Below are positions 48,230-57,578 of a stretch of DNA of 64,000 bases, one piece after another. The position numbers were made by a program, and so were the translations under genes. Source of the DNA: Chloroflexota bacterium (lineage in GTDB: Bacteria; Chloroflexota; Anaerolineae; Aggregatilineales; Aggregatilineaceae); contig JAAYCM010000129.1 of NCBI GenBank assembly GCA_012729765.1, forward strand, positions 47,481 to 111,480. The letters are read 5' to 3'. Each line of letters begins with the position of its first letter. Position 1 is the stretch's first letter. The notes under the pieces were generated by a model. The model was given only the letters and a program-made list of their open reading frames with translations. It was not told where the DNA came from and made no database searches.

Positions 48230-49159
48230 TCAGACGGACGCCATCAACCTGCGCACGGCATCCGCCGGGGGCAGCGATGGCTGGGCGCCCATTTTCATCG
48301 TTGCCAGCGCACCGCACGCGTTCGCATAGCGCACCGCCTCGACCAGTGGCGTGCTGCCCTGCCCCAGCGCAACCGCCAGCCCCGCGTTGAAGGCATCCCC
48401 CGCCGCTGTCGTATCGACCGGATCGACGCGGAACGCCGGAACGCGCTGCCACCCCCACGATCCGGCAGCCAGCGCGCCGCTTGACCCCAGCGTGATCACC
48501 GCCGCCGAGGGGCCAATTCCCAGTGCGCTCTTCGCCAGCACCTCGTCCGACATTTGCCGCGCGTCCTCTTCCGACACGTCCACAAGCTGCGCCAACTCGA
48601 TCCGGTTGGGCGTGATCACGTCCACCAGCCGCAGCAGATCGGCGGGCAGATGGCGCGCCGGGGCCGGATTCAGAACCACGCGCACGCCATGTTCGCGCGC
48701 CAGTTGAGCCGCCGCCGTGACCGTATCGACCGGGACTTCGAGCTGCAGCAGCAGCACATCTGCCCCAGCAATCGCGCCTGCCGCCGCCTGCACATCCGCC
48801 GGGCTGAGCCGCATATTCGCCCCCGACGCAACCAGGATGCTGTTCTCGCCGTCATCGGCCACGGCGATCAGCGCCACGCCGGTCGGCTCCGTCTCGTCGC
48901 GCACCACATAATCGAGATGGATGCCCTCTGCCGCATAACCTTGCAGGCACTGCTCACCAAAGCTGTCGCGTCCCAGGCGCGCCACAAACGTTACCTCCGC
49001 ACCCAGCCGCGCCGCCCCCACCGCCTGATTCGCGCCTTTGCCGCCCAGCGCCGTGACAAAATCTCGCCCCAGGACCGTTTCACCGGGCCGAGGAATATGC
49101 GGTGCGCGCGCCACCAGATCGACGTTGGCGCTGCCCACCACCACAATACGTGTCGTCAT
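48230..49159 (-). CDS. rbsK: Ribokinase
   Basis: 309 aa. IVVVGSANVDLV, GGKGANQAVGAARLG, and the PfkB signature TTAAGDAFNAGLA. Confidence 0.9.
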   Translation of the reverse strand: MTTRIVVVGSANVDLVARAPHIPRPGETVLGRDFVTALGGKGANQAVGAARLGAEVTFVARLGRDSFGEQCLQGYAAEGIHLDYVVRDETEPTGVALIAVADDGENSILVASGANMRLSPADVQAAAGAIAGADVLLLQLEVPVDTVTAAAQLAREHGVRVVLNPAPARHLPADLLRLVDVITPNRIELAQLVDVSEEDARQMSDEVLAKSALGIGPSAAVITLGSSGALAAGSWGWQRVPAFRVDPVDTTAAGDAFNAGLAVALGQGSTPLVEAVRYANACGALATMKMGAQPSLPPADAVRRLMASV

Positions 49160-49310
49160 ATTATCCGGACTCCCTGATCAGAGAAGCATAATGCCAGCCA
49201 GCAGATATTAAGCTAATAAGCAACAATTCTATCTTACTCCAAAGATTATGCTTTTTGTACCCGCCTTTTGTCTTACGCGCCAGTTACTACACCCTGCCTG
49301 CCACCCGATC

Positions 49311-49342
49311 AAAAACGGCCCTCGTCGTGGGTTGAGGGCCGT
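49311..49342 (-). terminator. Rho-independent terminator after acnA
   Basis: 9-bp stem ACGGCCCTC (49315..49323) / GAGGGCCGT (49334..49342) with a 10-nt loop. On the minus strand the hairpin is followed by TTTTT (complement of the A-run at 49311..49315). Confidence 0.65.
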
Positions 49343-49367
49343 TCGATCAGCTATCCGGCAGATGTGC

Positions 49368-52091
49368 CTAGGCGAGAACCATATTGCGCAGTACCGTCTG
49401 CAAGATACCTTCGTTGCGATAGTAGTTCACTTCGACCAGCGTATCCAGGCGGCTGATCACCTGGAATTCCCGGACCGTGCCGTCTTCGCTCGTTGCGCGA
49501 ACGGTAAGCTCCTGGTTTGGCTGGATATTGTCGTTGATGCCGACGATATCGAACACCTCGCGCCCGGAGAGTCCCAGCGTCGCGGCATTTTCGCCCTCGC
49601 GGAACTGGAGCGGCAGCACACCCATACCGATCAGGTTGCTGCGGTGGATGCGCTCGTAGCTCTCGGTGATGATAGCGCGCACGCCCAGCAGCAGCACCCC
49701 CTTGGCCGCCCAGTCACGCGAGCTGCCGGTACCATATTCCTTACCGGCGATCACGATCAGCGGCGTGCCATCGGCCTGGTAGCGCTCGGCAGCATCGAAG
49801 ATCGTCATCTGCTCATTGGTCGGCAGGTAGAGCGTGACCCCGCCCTCGGTTCCCGGCAGCAGCAGATTCTTCAGCCGGATATTGGCGAATGTGCCGCGCA
49901 CCATGACGCGATCGTTCCCGCGCCGCGCGCCATACGAGTTGAAGTCCTTCGGCTCGATGCCACGTTCCATCAGGTAGCGCCCGGCGGGGCTGTTGACTGC
50001 AATCGATCCGGCGGGCGAGATATGATCGGTCGTCACCGAGTCGCCCAGCAGCGCCAGCACGCGCGCCCCCTCGATATCAGACAACGGCCTGGGCTCCGGG
50101 CTCAGGTCCATGAAGAACGGCGGCTCCTGAACATAGGTCGATTCCGGGTCCCAGTCATAGACCGCGCTGCCAGCAATCGGGATGGCGTTCCACATCTCAT
50201 TCCCGTGATACACGTCGCCATACTGTTCCTTGAACATTTCCGGCTTCAAGGCAGCCGCGATCGCGTCGGCGATCTCGCGCTGAGCCGGCCAGATATCCTT
50301 CAGGTATACCGGCTCGCCCCGCTCATTTGTGCCGAGGGGATCGTTCGCAAGATCGATATCCATTGTCCCGGCGATGGCATAGGCGACCGCCAGCGGCGGC
50401 GAGGCGAGATAATTGGCGCGCACATACGGGTTGATGCGCCCCTCGAAGTTGCGATTACCGCTGAGCACCGCCGCCGCCACCAGATTGTTCTCCTCGATGG
50501 CTGTCGCCACTTCACCCAGCAGCGGGCCGCTGTTGCCGATACAGGTCGTGCAGCCATAACCAACCAGGTAGAAGCCCAGCTGCTCCAGGTAGGGCATCAG
50601 GCCCGCCGCCTGCAGATAGGCTGTCACCACCTTCGAGCCGGGTGCAAGGCTGGTCTTGACATAGGGCGGCACCTTCAGGCCGTGCTCGACCGCTTTCTTT
50701 GCCAGCAACCCGGCCCCGACCATCACCGAGGGGTTTGAGGTATTGGTGCAGCTCGTGATCGCGGCGATCACCACCACGCCATGATCGATCTCGACCTGGT
50801 GGCCGTTACTGCCGAGTCTGATCGCGGCCTGACGTTCCAGCGCGGTTTCATTGAGTGCGAACCCGCGTTCATTCACCGGCTTGACCAATGCCTGCCGGAA
50901 CGCCTGCTGCATATCCTTCAGGCGCACCCGGTCCTGGGGGCGCTTCGGCCCGGCCATGCTCGGCTCGACCTTGCTCATATCCAGCTCAAGGGTGTCGGTG
51001 AACTCCGGGGCAGGCGTATCATCTGTGCGGAAGAGTCCCTGCAGCCGCATGTAGGTTTCGACCAGCTCCACCAGTTCCGGCGCGCGCCCGGTGTACAGCA
51101 GATAGCGCAGCGCCTCGGAGTCCATCGGGAAGAAGCCCATCGTCGCGCCATATTCGGGGGCCATATTGCCGATTGTCGCGCGGTCGGGCAGGCTGAGCGA
51201 GCTGAGGCCCTCGCCGTAGAACTCGACAATCTTTCCAACCACCCCCTTCTCGCGGAGCATTTGCGTCACGACCAGCACCAGGTCGGTCGCGGTTGCGCCT
51301 TCGGGCAACCGCCCCGTCAGCTTGAAGCCGATCACCTGCGGCACGAGCATATAGATCGGCTGGCCCAGCATCACGGCCTCGGCCTCGATGCCGCCCACGC
51401 CCCAGCCCACAACGCCCAGGCCGTTGATCATCGTGGTATGCGAGTCGGTCCCGACCAGGCTGTCCGGAAAGACGACTGTCCTGCCGTCTCTCGTCTCGGA
51501 CAGCACACCCTGCGCCAGGTACTCAAGGTTGACCTGGTGTACGATACCCGTCGCGGGCGGGACCACCCGGAAGTTATCGAAAGCCGACTGCCCCCAGCGC
51601 AGGAACTCATACCGCTCGCGGTTGCGCTCGAAATCGCGCTCGGCGTTGATAAACAGCGCCGCCGCCGATCCAAAGGTGTCTACCTGCACGGAGTGATCGA
51701 TCACCAGATCGACCGGCGTCGAGGGCTGAATACGCGCCGGATCGCCGCCCATCCGCAGCATGGCCGAGCGCAGCGCCGCCAGGTCCACCAGCGAGGGCAC
51801 GCCGGTGAAGTCCTGCAAGATGACGCGTGCCGGCATGAACGGCATCTGCTTTGGCTCACCGGGCCTGGGCGACCACTGCGCCAGGGTCATGATGTCGTCG
51901 TCTGTGATCTCGAACCCGTTATTGTTGCGCAGCACCGCCTCAAGCAGCACCTTGATCGAGAAGGGCAGCGCCGAAACCTTGCCGACGCCCTCTTCCTCCA
52001 ACTTTCCGAGCCGGTAGTAGTGATAGATTCCGCTCGGCGTTTCAAACGTCGCCTGTGTCCCAAAGGGATCGCGTGTTGGTCGCGTGCTCAT
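49368..52091 (-). CDS. acnA: Aconitate hydratase A
   Basis: 907 aa from ATG 52091 ([21 protein letters not shown]), with a GGAAAGAAAGGAATGGA purine-rich RBS upstream. AcnA/IRP-family hallmarks: [53 protein letters not shown]. Confidence 0.95.
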   Translation of the reverse strand: MSTRPTRDPFGTQATFETPSGIYHYYRLGKLEEEGVGKVSALPFSIKVLLEAVLRNNNGFEITDDDIMTLAQWSPRPGEPKQMPFMPARVILQDFTGVPSLVDLAALRSAMLRMGGDPARIQPSTPVDLVIDHSVQVDTFGSAAALFINAERDFERNRERYEFLRWGQSAFDNFRVVPPATGIVHQVNLEYLAQGVLSETRDGRTVVFPDSLVGTDSHTTMINGLGVVGWGVGGIEAEAVMLGQPIYMLVPQVIGFKLTGRLPEGATATDLVLVVTQMLREKGVVGKIVEFYGEGLSSLSLPDRATIGNMAPEYGATMGFFPMDSEALRYLLYTGRAPELVELVETYMRLQGLFRTDDTPAPEFTDTLELDMSKVEPSMAGPKRPQDRVRLKDMQQAFRQALVKPVNERGFALNETALERQAAIRLGSNGHQVEIDHGVVVIAAITSCTNTSNPSVMVGAGLLAKKAVEHGLKVPPYVKTSLAPGSKVVTAYLQAAGLMPYLEQLGFYLVGYGCTTCIGNSGPLLGEVATAIEENNLVAAAVLSGNRNFEGRINPYVRANYLASPPLAVAYAIAGTMDIDLANDPLGTNERGEPVYLKDIWPAQREIADAIAAALKPEMFKEQYGDVYHGNEMWNAIPIAGSAVYDWDPESTYVQEPPFFMDLSPEPRPLSDIEGARVLALLGDSVTTDHISPAGSIAVNSPAGRYLMERGIEPKDFNSYGARRGNDRVMVRGTFANIRLKNLLLPGTEGGVTLYLPTNEQMTIFDAAERYQADGTPLIVIAGKEYGTGSSRDWAAKGVLLLGVRAIITESYERIHRSNLIGMGVLPLQFREGENAATLGLSGREVFDIVGINDNIQPNQELTVRATSEDGTVREFQVISRLDTLVEVNYYRNEGILQTVLRNMVLA

Positions 52092-52233
52092 TCCATTCCT
52101 TTCTTTCCATTGTGTGAGTGCCGGGTTGCGCAGGGCAGCCAGGCGCAGGCTGCACGAAAAAAAGTCTTGTTGGGGACCGCTAACAGAATTTCGATCACGA
52201 TACGAGCGAGGGGTAATATTTTGCAATACTCAG

Positions 52234-52242
52234 ATTATACCA
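52234..52242 (-). promoter_or_regulatory. Extended -10 promoter element (TGGTATAAT on the minus strand) upstream of acnA
   Basis: Reverse complement of 52234..52242 is TGGTATAAT. It implies a ~135-nt acnA leader. No good -35 was seen. Confidence 0.35.
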
Positions 52243-52329
52243 ATTATTATGCTTACAAAATATGTAAAATATGCATAGATCGCGCGCAGCACCCCGGCAG
52301 CCCGCCCCTGCTCCGCCAGCGATCGCTCC

Positions 52330-52358
52330 TTGCGATCTTGCCCCACTGGGCGTATAAT
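52330..52358 (+). promoter_or_regulatory. Sigma70-like promoter candidate for the 52408 gene
   Basis: TTGCGA (52330..52335), 17-nt spacer, TATAAT (52353..52358). Confidence 0.45.
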
Positions 52359-52407
52359 CTTTACTTGTAGTTAACCACATCACAACTCAAAACCATCCGC
52401 CATTAGC

Positions 52408-54006
52408 ATGCACACGGGTAGCAAGTTGCTTCAGCTTCAGACTGAATCCGAAAAATACTGGACCGACACGTTCCGCGTCACAGACGAAGACACCGAATAT
52501 CTCTTCTCCCTCTTCCTGGAAGAAGAGACACCCCTCACCAGCGCCGAGATCGCACGCCGTATCATCAAGTTCCGCGTGGATCAGGAAGTACAGATGCTGC
52601 GGCGGCAGATGGAGCGCGGCGCGATCTTCCAGCCCCAGAACAGCTACTCGGTCGGCGAGCAGTTGATCTTCCCGGCCCTGGACTATACCACCGGCGAAGT
52701 CGTGGGCGAGCGGCCCGGCAATAACCCGGAATACGGCCCCTTCACCGTGATCGAGGTCAGCTTTCCGTCGGGCAGCACGCGGGAATTTGCCAGCGCACTC
52801 CAGGCGCCTCACGCCCTCAACCTGACGGGGGCCGAAGGCGGCGATCAGGTCGTCAGCGCCGAGCACATCGACATCGAGGCCATCTTCCGTGATTATGGCG
52901 ACGATATCATCTATCTGGTCGAAGAACGGCTGCGCGAAGAAAAAGACGTGGTCTACTTCGCCGGACGCTGGTTCCTCGAATCCCTGCTGGCGGACGTGAG
53001 CATCGCCCACCTGCATCTGGCCGAAGCCGTGCTCGTGATGTACGAAGGCGGCCCGCTGAAGACCGGTCAGATCATGGCCGAGATCGATATGCCGCGTGAG
53101 GTCAACCAGCGCTTGCAGACCTTCTCCCTCGATCGCGCGTTGTTCAACGATCAGCGCTTCGACGAGGTCGGCCCGGCAGGGCAGGTGTTCTGGTTCCTGC
53201 GCGAGATGGAGCCGGAAGAAGTCATCAGTGTGCCGGAGCGCCTGCGCTATGAGCCGATTGACTACAACTGGCGGCTGCTGAGCGATGAACTGGCGGCGCT
53301 GGAATACGAGATCGATGACGAGTTGTCTAACCTGCGCTCACCGGTCAAAGCAGCGGATTCGGTGACATTCAGCCTCAACTTCCCGCATCGTCGCACCGGC
53401 ACCCTGCCCCTCAGCTCACGGCTGCGCCACCTCTTCCCCACCGCCTACGAAGCGCCGCGCGTGCTGATGACTCTGATCGATGGGCAGACCGGTGAGGAAA
53501 TGCTCGGCTGGGTGGTGCGCGAGCACAAGTATGTGTACGGTCTGGCCAACTTCTACCGCCGCCATAAGCTGCCCGTTGGCACCTACCTCACCATTCGGGC
53601 CACCGACGACCCATCGCGCGTGGTGGTCGATTTCACCGGCTATCGCCCGCGCACCGAATGGATCCGTCTCGCCGCGTCCGTCGATGATCGCCTGCGCTTC
53701 GAGAATCAGAAGCGCGCCATCGGTGCCGAGTATGATGAACTGATGGTGTTGGGCGCGGATGATCTCAAGGCGGTAGACGCGCTCTGGATTCCAGCAGGCC
53801 CTCAGGCAGAGCGGCGGCTGAACGAGGTCCTGCGCGATCTGATGTCCGATCTGTCGCGGCTGACTCCGCAGCGCAGCGTCCATGCCAAAACGCTCTACAG
53901 CGCCGTGAACGTTGTCCTGCGCTGCCCGCCCGGCCCGATCTTTGCTACCCTGGTCGCCCGCCCAGAATTCGAGCACGTGGGCGGTCCCTACTGGCGGCTT
54001 GTATAA
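52408..54006 (+). CDS. Conserved hypothetical protein (532 aa) with possible N-terminal winged-helix/HARE-HTH-like segment
   Basis: Non-shadow composition over the full length. N-terminal YLFSLFLEEETPLTSAEIARRIIKF. No catalytic motif recognised. Confidence 0.65.
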   Translation: MHTGSKLLQLQTESEKYWTDTFRVTDEDTEYLFSLFLEEETPLTSAEIARRIIKFRVDQEVQMLRRQMERGAIFQPQNSYSVGEQLIFPALDYTTGEVVGERPGNNPEYGPFTVIEVSFPSGSTREFASALQAPHALNLTGAEGGDQVVSAEHIDIEAIFRDYGDDIIYLVEERLREEKDVVYFAGRWFLESLLADVSIAHLHLAEAVLVMYEGGPLKTGQIMAEIDMPREVNQRLQTFSLDRALFNDQRFDEVGPAGQVFWFLREMEPEEVISVPERLRYEPIDYNWRLLSDELAALEYEIDDELSNLRSPVKAADSVTFSLNFPHRRTGTLPLSSRLRHLFPTAYEAPRVLMTLIDGQTGEEMLGWVVREHKYVYGLANFYRRHKLPVGTYLTIRATDDPSRVVVDFTGYRPRTEWIRLAASVDDRLRFENQKRAIGAEYDELMVLGADDLKAVDALWIPAGPQAERRLNEVLRDLMSDLSRLTPQRSVHAKTLYSAVNVVLRCPPGPIFATLVARPEFEHVGGPYWRLV

Positions 54007-54028
54007 GCAGTGCTCAACCAGGTAAGGA

Positions 54029-54478
54029 ATGCCCGTGTCCCCATCAGCCAGCGCTCGGCGCGTTAAGCCAACCCTCGATACTCGCTTCCACATCGATTAC
54101 GACTGGTGGAACCGCGAAGGGCGAGATTTGCGCGTCTATCTGCTGAGCCATCTGCCACCGGAACAGCGGGATTTCTTCACCGAGCATCGTGATACCGAAG
54201 AGGTGGATTGGGTCGATCCGGTCACGGCTGAGGTGCGCAAAGTCGATGCGCTCCAGCGTGCCCTGAAAGAAAGCAGCCAGCAGCCCGATTTCATCACCTC
54301 GCACACCTCGCTGGTAGACGCCGTGTTTCGCACGTTTCTGGCCAACAACAATACCCCCCTCACCCCGGTCGAGCTGGGGGAGCGCATTGGCCGCCCGCCG
54401 ATGACTATCCTGCGCACGCTGTCTGGGACGACGGTCTACAAGGGGATACGTCCCCTGGTGGAAGACAGTGACGAGTAA
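54029..54478 (+). CDS. Hypothetical protein (149 aa), probably co-transcribed with the 532-aa gene
   Basis: Starts 22 nt after the previous stop. C-terminal TPLTPVELGERIGRPPMTILRTLSG looks wHTH-like. No family recognised. Confidence 0.55.
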   Translation: MPVSPSASARRVKPTLDTRFHIDYDWWNREGRDLRVYLLSHLPPEQRDFFTEHRDTEEVDWVDPVTAEVRKVDALQRALKESSQQPDFITSHTSLVDAVFRTFLANNNTPLTPVELGERIGRPPMTILRTLSGTTVYKGIRPLVEDSDE

Positions 54479-54505
54479 TCCGCCGGATTTACACAACCGG
54501 CAGCC

Positions 54506-54534
54506 TTGACACACCTCAAAAGCCTATCTACAAT
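54506..54534 (+). promoter_or_regulatory. Near-consensus sigma70 promoter for tRNA-Arg(TCT)
   Basis: TTGACA (54506..54511), 17-nt spacer, TACAAT (54529..54534), ending 11 nt before the tRNA 5' end. Confidence 0.6.
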
Positions 54535-54545
54535 GACCGTTGACT

Positions 54546-54618
54546 GCCCCTGTAGCTCAGCGGATAGAGCAGCCGCCTTCTAAGCGGTTGGCCGGGGGTT
54601 CGATTCCCTCCAGGGGCG
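54546..54618 (+). tRNA. tRNA-Arg (anticodon TCT), CCA not encoded
   Basis: GCCCCTG-TA-GCTC-AGCGGATA-GAGC-A-GCCGC-CTTCTAA-GCGGT-TGGCC-GGGGG-TTCGATT-CCCTC-CAGGGGC-G. 73 nt, followed by CAC rather than CCA. Confidence 0.9.
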
Positions 54619-54638
54619 CACAGCCCATACCAACAACA

Positions 54639-54670
54639 ATGCCCGCCGGTTGGCGGGCATTTAGCTTTTT
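54639..54670. terminator. Bidirectional terminator between tRNA-Arg and the convergent BTAD regulator gene
   Basis: 9-bp stem ATGCCCGCC / GGCGGGCAT with loop GGTT (54639..54660), then TTAGCTTTTT. On the minus strand the same hairpin is followed by TTGTTGTT. Confidence 0.65.
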
Positions 54671-54689
54671 AGCCGGCAGATGCTTGTCG

Positions 54690-55961
54690 CTACGACATGA
54701 TCGACTGGTAGAGCTGCTGCGTCTCAGGCTCAGGCTGCCGGTTTTCGGTGCGCAGTTTCTCGATCAGCTTCTGATAATGGCCCGCCGCTTCACTGCGCCG
54801 CCCCAGATCGGCATAAAGCTGCATGATCTGGCGGTGAATCGGCTCGTAGCGGTCGTTTTCGGTCACGGCGCGCAGCAGCAGCCCCAACGCCGTCTCCTGG
54901 CGGCCTTCCTGCAGCCGGATGCGCGCCATCTCGCTCAGGGCTTCGAGATAGCCGGTCTGGTAGTCGCGCCGCCGCTCGACAATCCAGGGATCGTTGTGCC
55001 CTTGCAGGAACGGCCCGCGATACAGGTCGATCGCTTCCTGCCAGACTGTCGCCTTGTCTTCGACATCCGGCGAGCGGCCCTTCACCAGGTTACCCACGAA
55101 AGCCATAATGTCATAGTAGACTGAGACATCGGGGTTGACGCGATAATAGCCGTCTTCGTGCACCAGCACATCGAAATCCAGCGCTTTGTGCAGGCGGCGC
55201 TTTGTGACGTGAAATACATTGACGGCCTGATCGTTGTCGAGGTCCGGCCAGAACGCCTGGCAGATCTCCGAGCGCGTCACCACCGGGCGGTCGAGCGCGA
55301 AGAAGAACAGCAGGCGCGGCAGATGCCCTTCCCAGGTATCGACCGGCTCACCGTTGAGCAGCACGTAGCCGGGTCCAAGCGCAAAGACTTCGAGCCGGTT
55401 CTGCCCCTCGGATTTCATGCCGTAGAAGTCGTTCGACACTACCTGCTCATCTTCCAGGATCACAGCTTTGTTCTGGGCAATCAGCGACACCCAGGGCAGG
55501 CGCGGCAGCGTCCGGCTGTTGATCACGATCTGGCAGTTGGCCGGCAGCCGCAGAATCGCCTGCTCCACGAAGGCCTGCAGATCGTCGGCGCTGTCGGTCC
55601 GGTCATATTCATCCAGGATGAGCAGGAATGACTCCTCGCTCAGATCGGCCACATCATCCACAAATGCGTCGATCAGGGCTTCCATGTCGTTCTGCGTTTC
55701 GAAATGAATCTGGTTGAGAAAGCGGCCAAAGGTCGGATGTTGGTTGGCGAGATCGTGTGTGATGCCCGACAGGAAAGAACGCACATTAACATCATCCGGC
55801 CCCATCGCGTAGTAGAAGACGGTGGTATCAGGATCGGTTAGCAGTTGTGCGACCAACATCGAGCGATAGCGGCTGCGCGGGTGCAGCAGGACCACACGCG
55901 CGCCGGGCGTGCGCTCTTTGAACGTCTGGTACGCAGTTTCGATCAGACTATTGAGTTCCAT
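54690..55961 (-). CDS. SARP/BTAD-type transcriptional regulator with N-terminal degenerate ATPase-like domain
   Basis: 423 aa. OmpR-type winged helix (LEVFALGPGYVLLNGEPV...LLFFFALDRPVVTRSEICQAFWPD...RLHKAL) followed by BTAD helices (AIDLYRGPFLQG...IHRQIMQLYADLGRRSEAAGHYQKL). Confidence 0.8.
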   Translation of the reverse strand: MELNSLIETAYQTFKERTPGARVVLLHPRSRYRSMLVAQLLTDPDTTVFYYAMGPDDVNVRSFLSGITHDLANQHPTFGRFLNQIHFETQNDMEALIDAFVDDVADLSEESFLLILDEYDRTDSADDLQAFVEQAILRLPANCQIVINSRTLPRLPWVSLIAQNKAVILEDEQVVSNDFYGMKSEGQNRLEVFALGPGYVLLNGEPVDTWEGHLPRLLFFFALDRPVVTRSEICQAFWPDLDNDQAVNVFHVTKRRLHKALDFDVLVHEDGYYRVNPDVSVYYDIMAFVGNLVKGRSPDVEDKATVWQEAIDLYRGPFLQGHNDPWIVERRRDYQTGYLEALSEMARIRLQEGRQETALGLLLRAVTENDRYEPIHRQIMQLYADLGRRSEAAGHYQKLIEKLRTENRQPEPETQQLYQSIMS

Positions 55962-56085
55962 AATAGGTGTAGTCCCTTGTATTGGTCTTCAATTAGAGAT
56001 AAACCTAGTATAATCTGATCAGCTAGATAAGGCAAAAGCTAAGCTGAACGTATTTAGCACTTACGGGAAAAAGTGCAGCCTAGTT

Positions 56086-56114
56086 TTGACAGGATATGGC
56101 TCTGGCAATACAAT
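56086..56114 (+). promoter_or_regulatory. Near-consensus sigma70 promoter for the 56152-57492 three-gene unit
   Basis: TTGACA (56086..56091), 17-nt spacer, TACAAT (56109..56114). Confidence 0.55.
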
Positions 56115-56151
56115 CTGCACCAAATAGATCTGAAGACAAGTGAGCTAATCC

Positions 56152-56595
56152 ATGCAAAAAACAGCACGTAATCTGGCCGTGCTCGGCACGGGACTCGGCG
56201 TGAGCGCCGTGGTGGGGTGGCTGCTGCTGCGCGAATCGAAGCGAAGCCGGGATGATGGCCCCAGCCGGATTCTGGTCCGCTCCCAGACGCGCCAGGAGCC
56301 AGAGGAGATCAAAGAGATCGTGCTGCCGCTCGAAGCGCTGGAGTCCGACGAGCAGACCCCGGACACCCCCGCTGCTGCGACCGAAGACGATCTGACCGTC
56401 ATCAAGGATATCGGACAGCGATTTGCTGACGCGCTCCATGCCATCGGCATTACGCGCTACGATCAGCTTGCCGGGCAGACGCCGGATGATCTGGCCGCCC
56501 GCCTTGCCCCACATGTCACGGTTCGCGCCCAGCGCATCCGCGACAAAGACTGGATCGGCCAGGCCGCCCGCCTCGCCAGCGGCCAGACATCATGA
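56152..56595 (+). CDS. Small membrane-anchored protein with C-terminal helix-hairpin-helix-like motif
   Basis: 147 aa. TM helix LAVLGTGLGVSAVVGWLLL, an acidic linker, then DDLTVIKDIGQRFADALHAIGITRYDQLAGQTPDDLA. Confidence 0.55.
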   Translation: MQKTARNLAVLGTGLGVSAVVGWLLLRESKRSRDDGPSRILVRSQTRQEPEEIKEIVLPLEALESDEQTPDTPAAATEDDLTVIKDIGQRFADALHAIGITRYDQLAGQTPDDLAARLAPHVTVRAQRIRDKDWIGQAARLASGQTS

Positions 56596-56927
56596 CTCCG
56601 GCCACCCCTACGAACATCACCCTCGATCAGCCGGCGCGCGAGCTGGTGATCAATTGGGCCGATGGGCGCGAGTGCCGCTACCCGCTGGGACCGCTGCGTC
56701 TTGCCTGCCCGTGCGTCGAGTGTCGTGGGGGCCACGAGCGGATGGGCAGCCAGTACGATCCCAGGCGCCTGTCCGACCTGATCCCGACCCGCGAGTACGA
56801 AGTCGAGCGCGTCGAGATCGTTGGAAACTATGCACTTCAGTTTATCTGGAACGACGGCCACAACACGGGTATCTATACCTGGGATTATCTCTACCGGCTG
56901 TGTCCCACAGAGGAGAACCATGCTTGA
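56592..56927 (+). CDS. DUF971-family protein (gamma-butyrobetaine hydroxylase N-terminal-like zinc-binding domain)
   Basis: 111 aa. LVINWADGRECRYPLGPLRLACPCVECRG and YALQFIWNDGHNTGIYTWDYLYRL match my recollection of DUF971. ATGA overlap with the previous gene. Confidence 0.8.
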   Translation: MTPATPTNITLDQPARELVINWADGRECRYPLGPLRLACPCVECRGGHERMGSQYDPRRLSDLIPTREYEVERVEIVGNYALQFIWNDGHNTGIYTWDYLYRLCPTEENHA

Positions 56928-57492
56928 GGATTTGACGCCGGCGGGCCTGTTTTCGCTGGCCGAGCAGAATCACCTGCGGATGGAAGGCATGCATCTGTTT
57001 GAGCAGGGCCTCACCAGCGGTGATACATCCGGCTTTGTGGCCTTTGTCGAGGCACTGATCGTGCAGGAACCGCCGCGCCTGCAACTGCTGCACGATCTGG
57101 CCGAAGACCTTCAGCAGCGGTTACTCTCGCTGCGCGAATATCATTTCGACGTGCGCGAGCGGGTCATCCGCACCTTGCAAGACAATTATCGGATCGACCT
57201 GACCCCGCTCACCCCGCCCGACGCGCTGGAGCGCTATCACCTGCTGGCCGCCGGCGACGTGATGGCGTTCGCTGCTGCACAGGGGACCACTTTCGAAACG
57301 GCTGATCTGCCCCTGGTGCGCAAAATGGTCGAAGCCTCACTACAAATGGCGGCCCAGCTTCACCAGGACATCCAATCTACGGCCCGGCTGCACCAGATGG
57401 TTCTGGATTGGTTCGACGCGATGAGCGCGACCGTCGGGCGGCAGTATTGGACCAGTCGCGTGCTGCGGCAGCATGATAACCTGCCGCTCTAG
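56920..57492 (+). CDS. Hypothetical protein (190 aa from internal ATG)
   Basis: ATG 56920 is preceded by AGGAGAACC and overlaps the DUF971 stop by 8 nt. The track start at 56821 lies inside DUF971 in another frame. Confidence 0.55.
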   Translation: MLEDLTPAGLFSLAEQNHLRMEGMHLFEQGLTSGDTSGFVAFVEALIVQEPPRLQLLHDLAEDLQQRLLSLREYHFDVRERVIRTLQDNYRIDLTPLTPPDALERYHLLAAGDVMAFAAAQGTTFETADLPLVRKMVEASLQMAAQLHQDIQSTARLHQMVLDWFDAMSATVGRQYWTSRVLRQHDNLPL

Positions 57493-57513
57493 GATGGACG
57501 CCATCGTCAATCA

Positions 57514-57547
57514 GCAGCCGCCGCCCGCGCGTCGGCTGTTCTGTTTT
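57514..57547 (+). terminator. Putative terminator before hpt
   Basis: Stem GCAGCCG / CGGCTGT (one G-U pair) with a 12-nt loop, followed by TCTGTTTT. Confidence 0.4.
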
Positions 57548-57578
57548 AGAACTGCCTGCCAATCCACGAGAGTACCCT

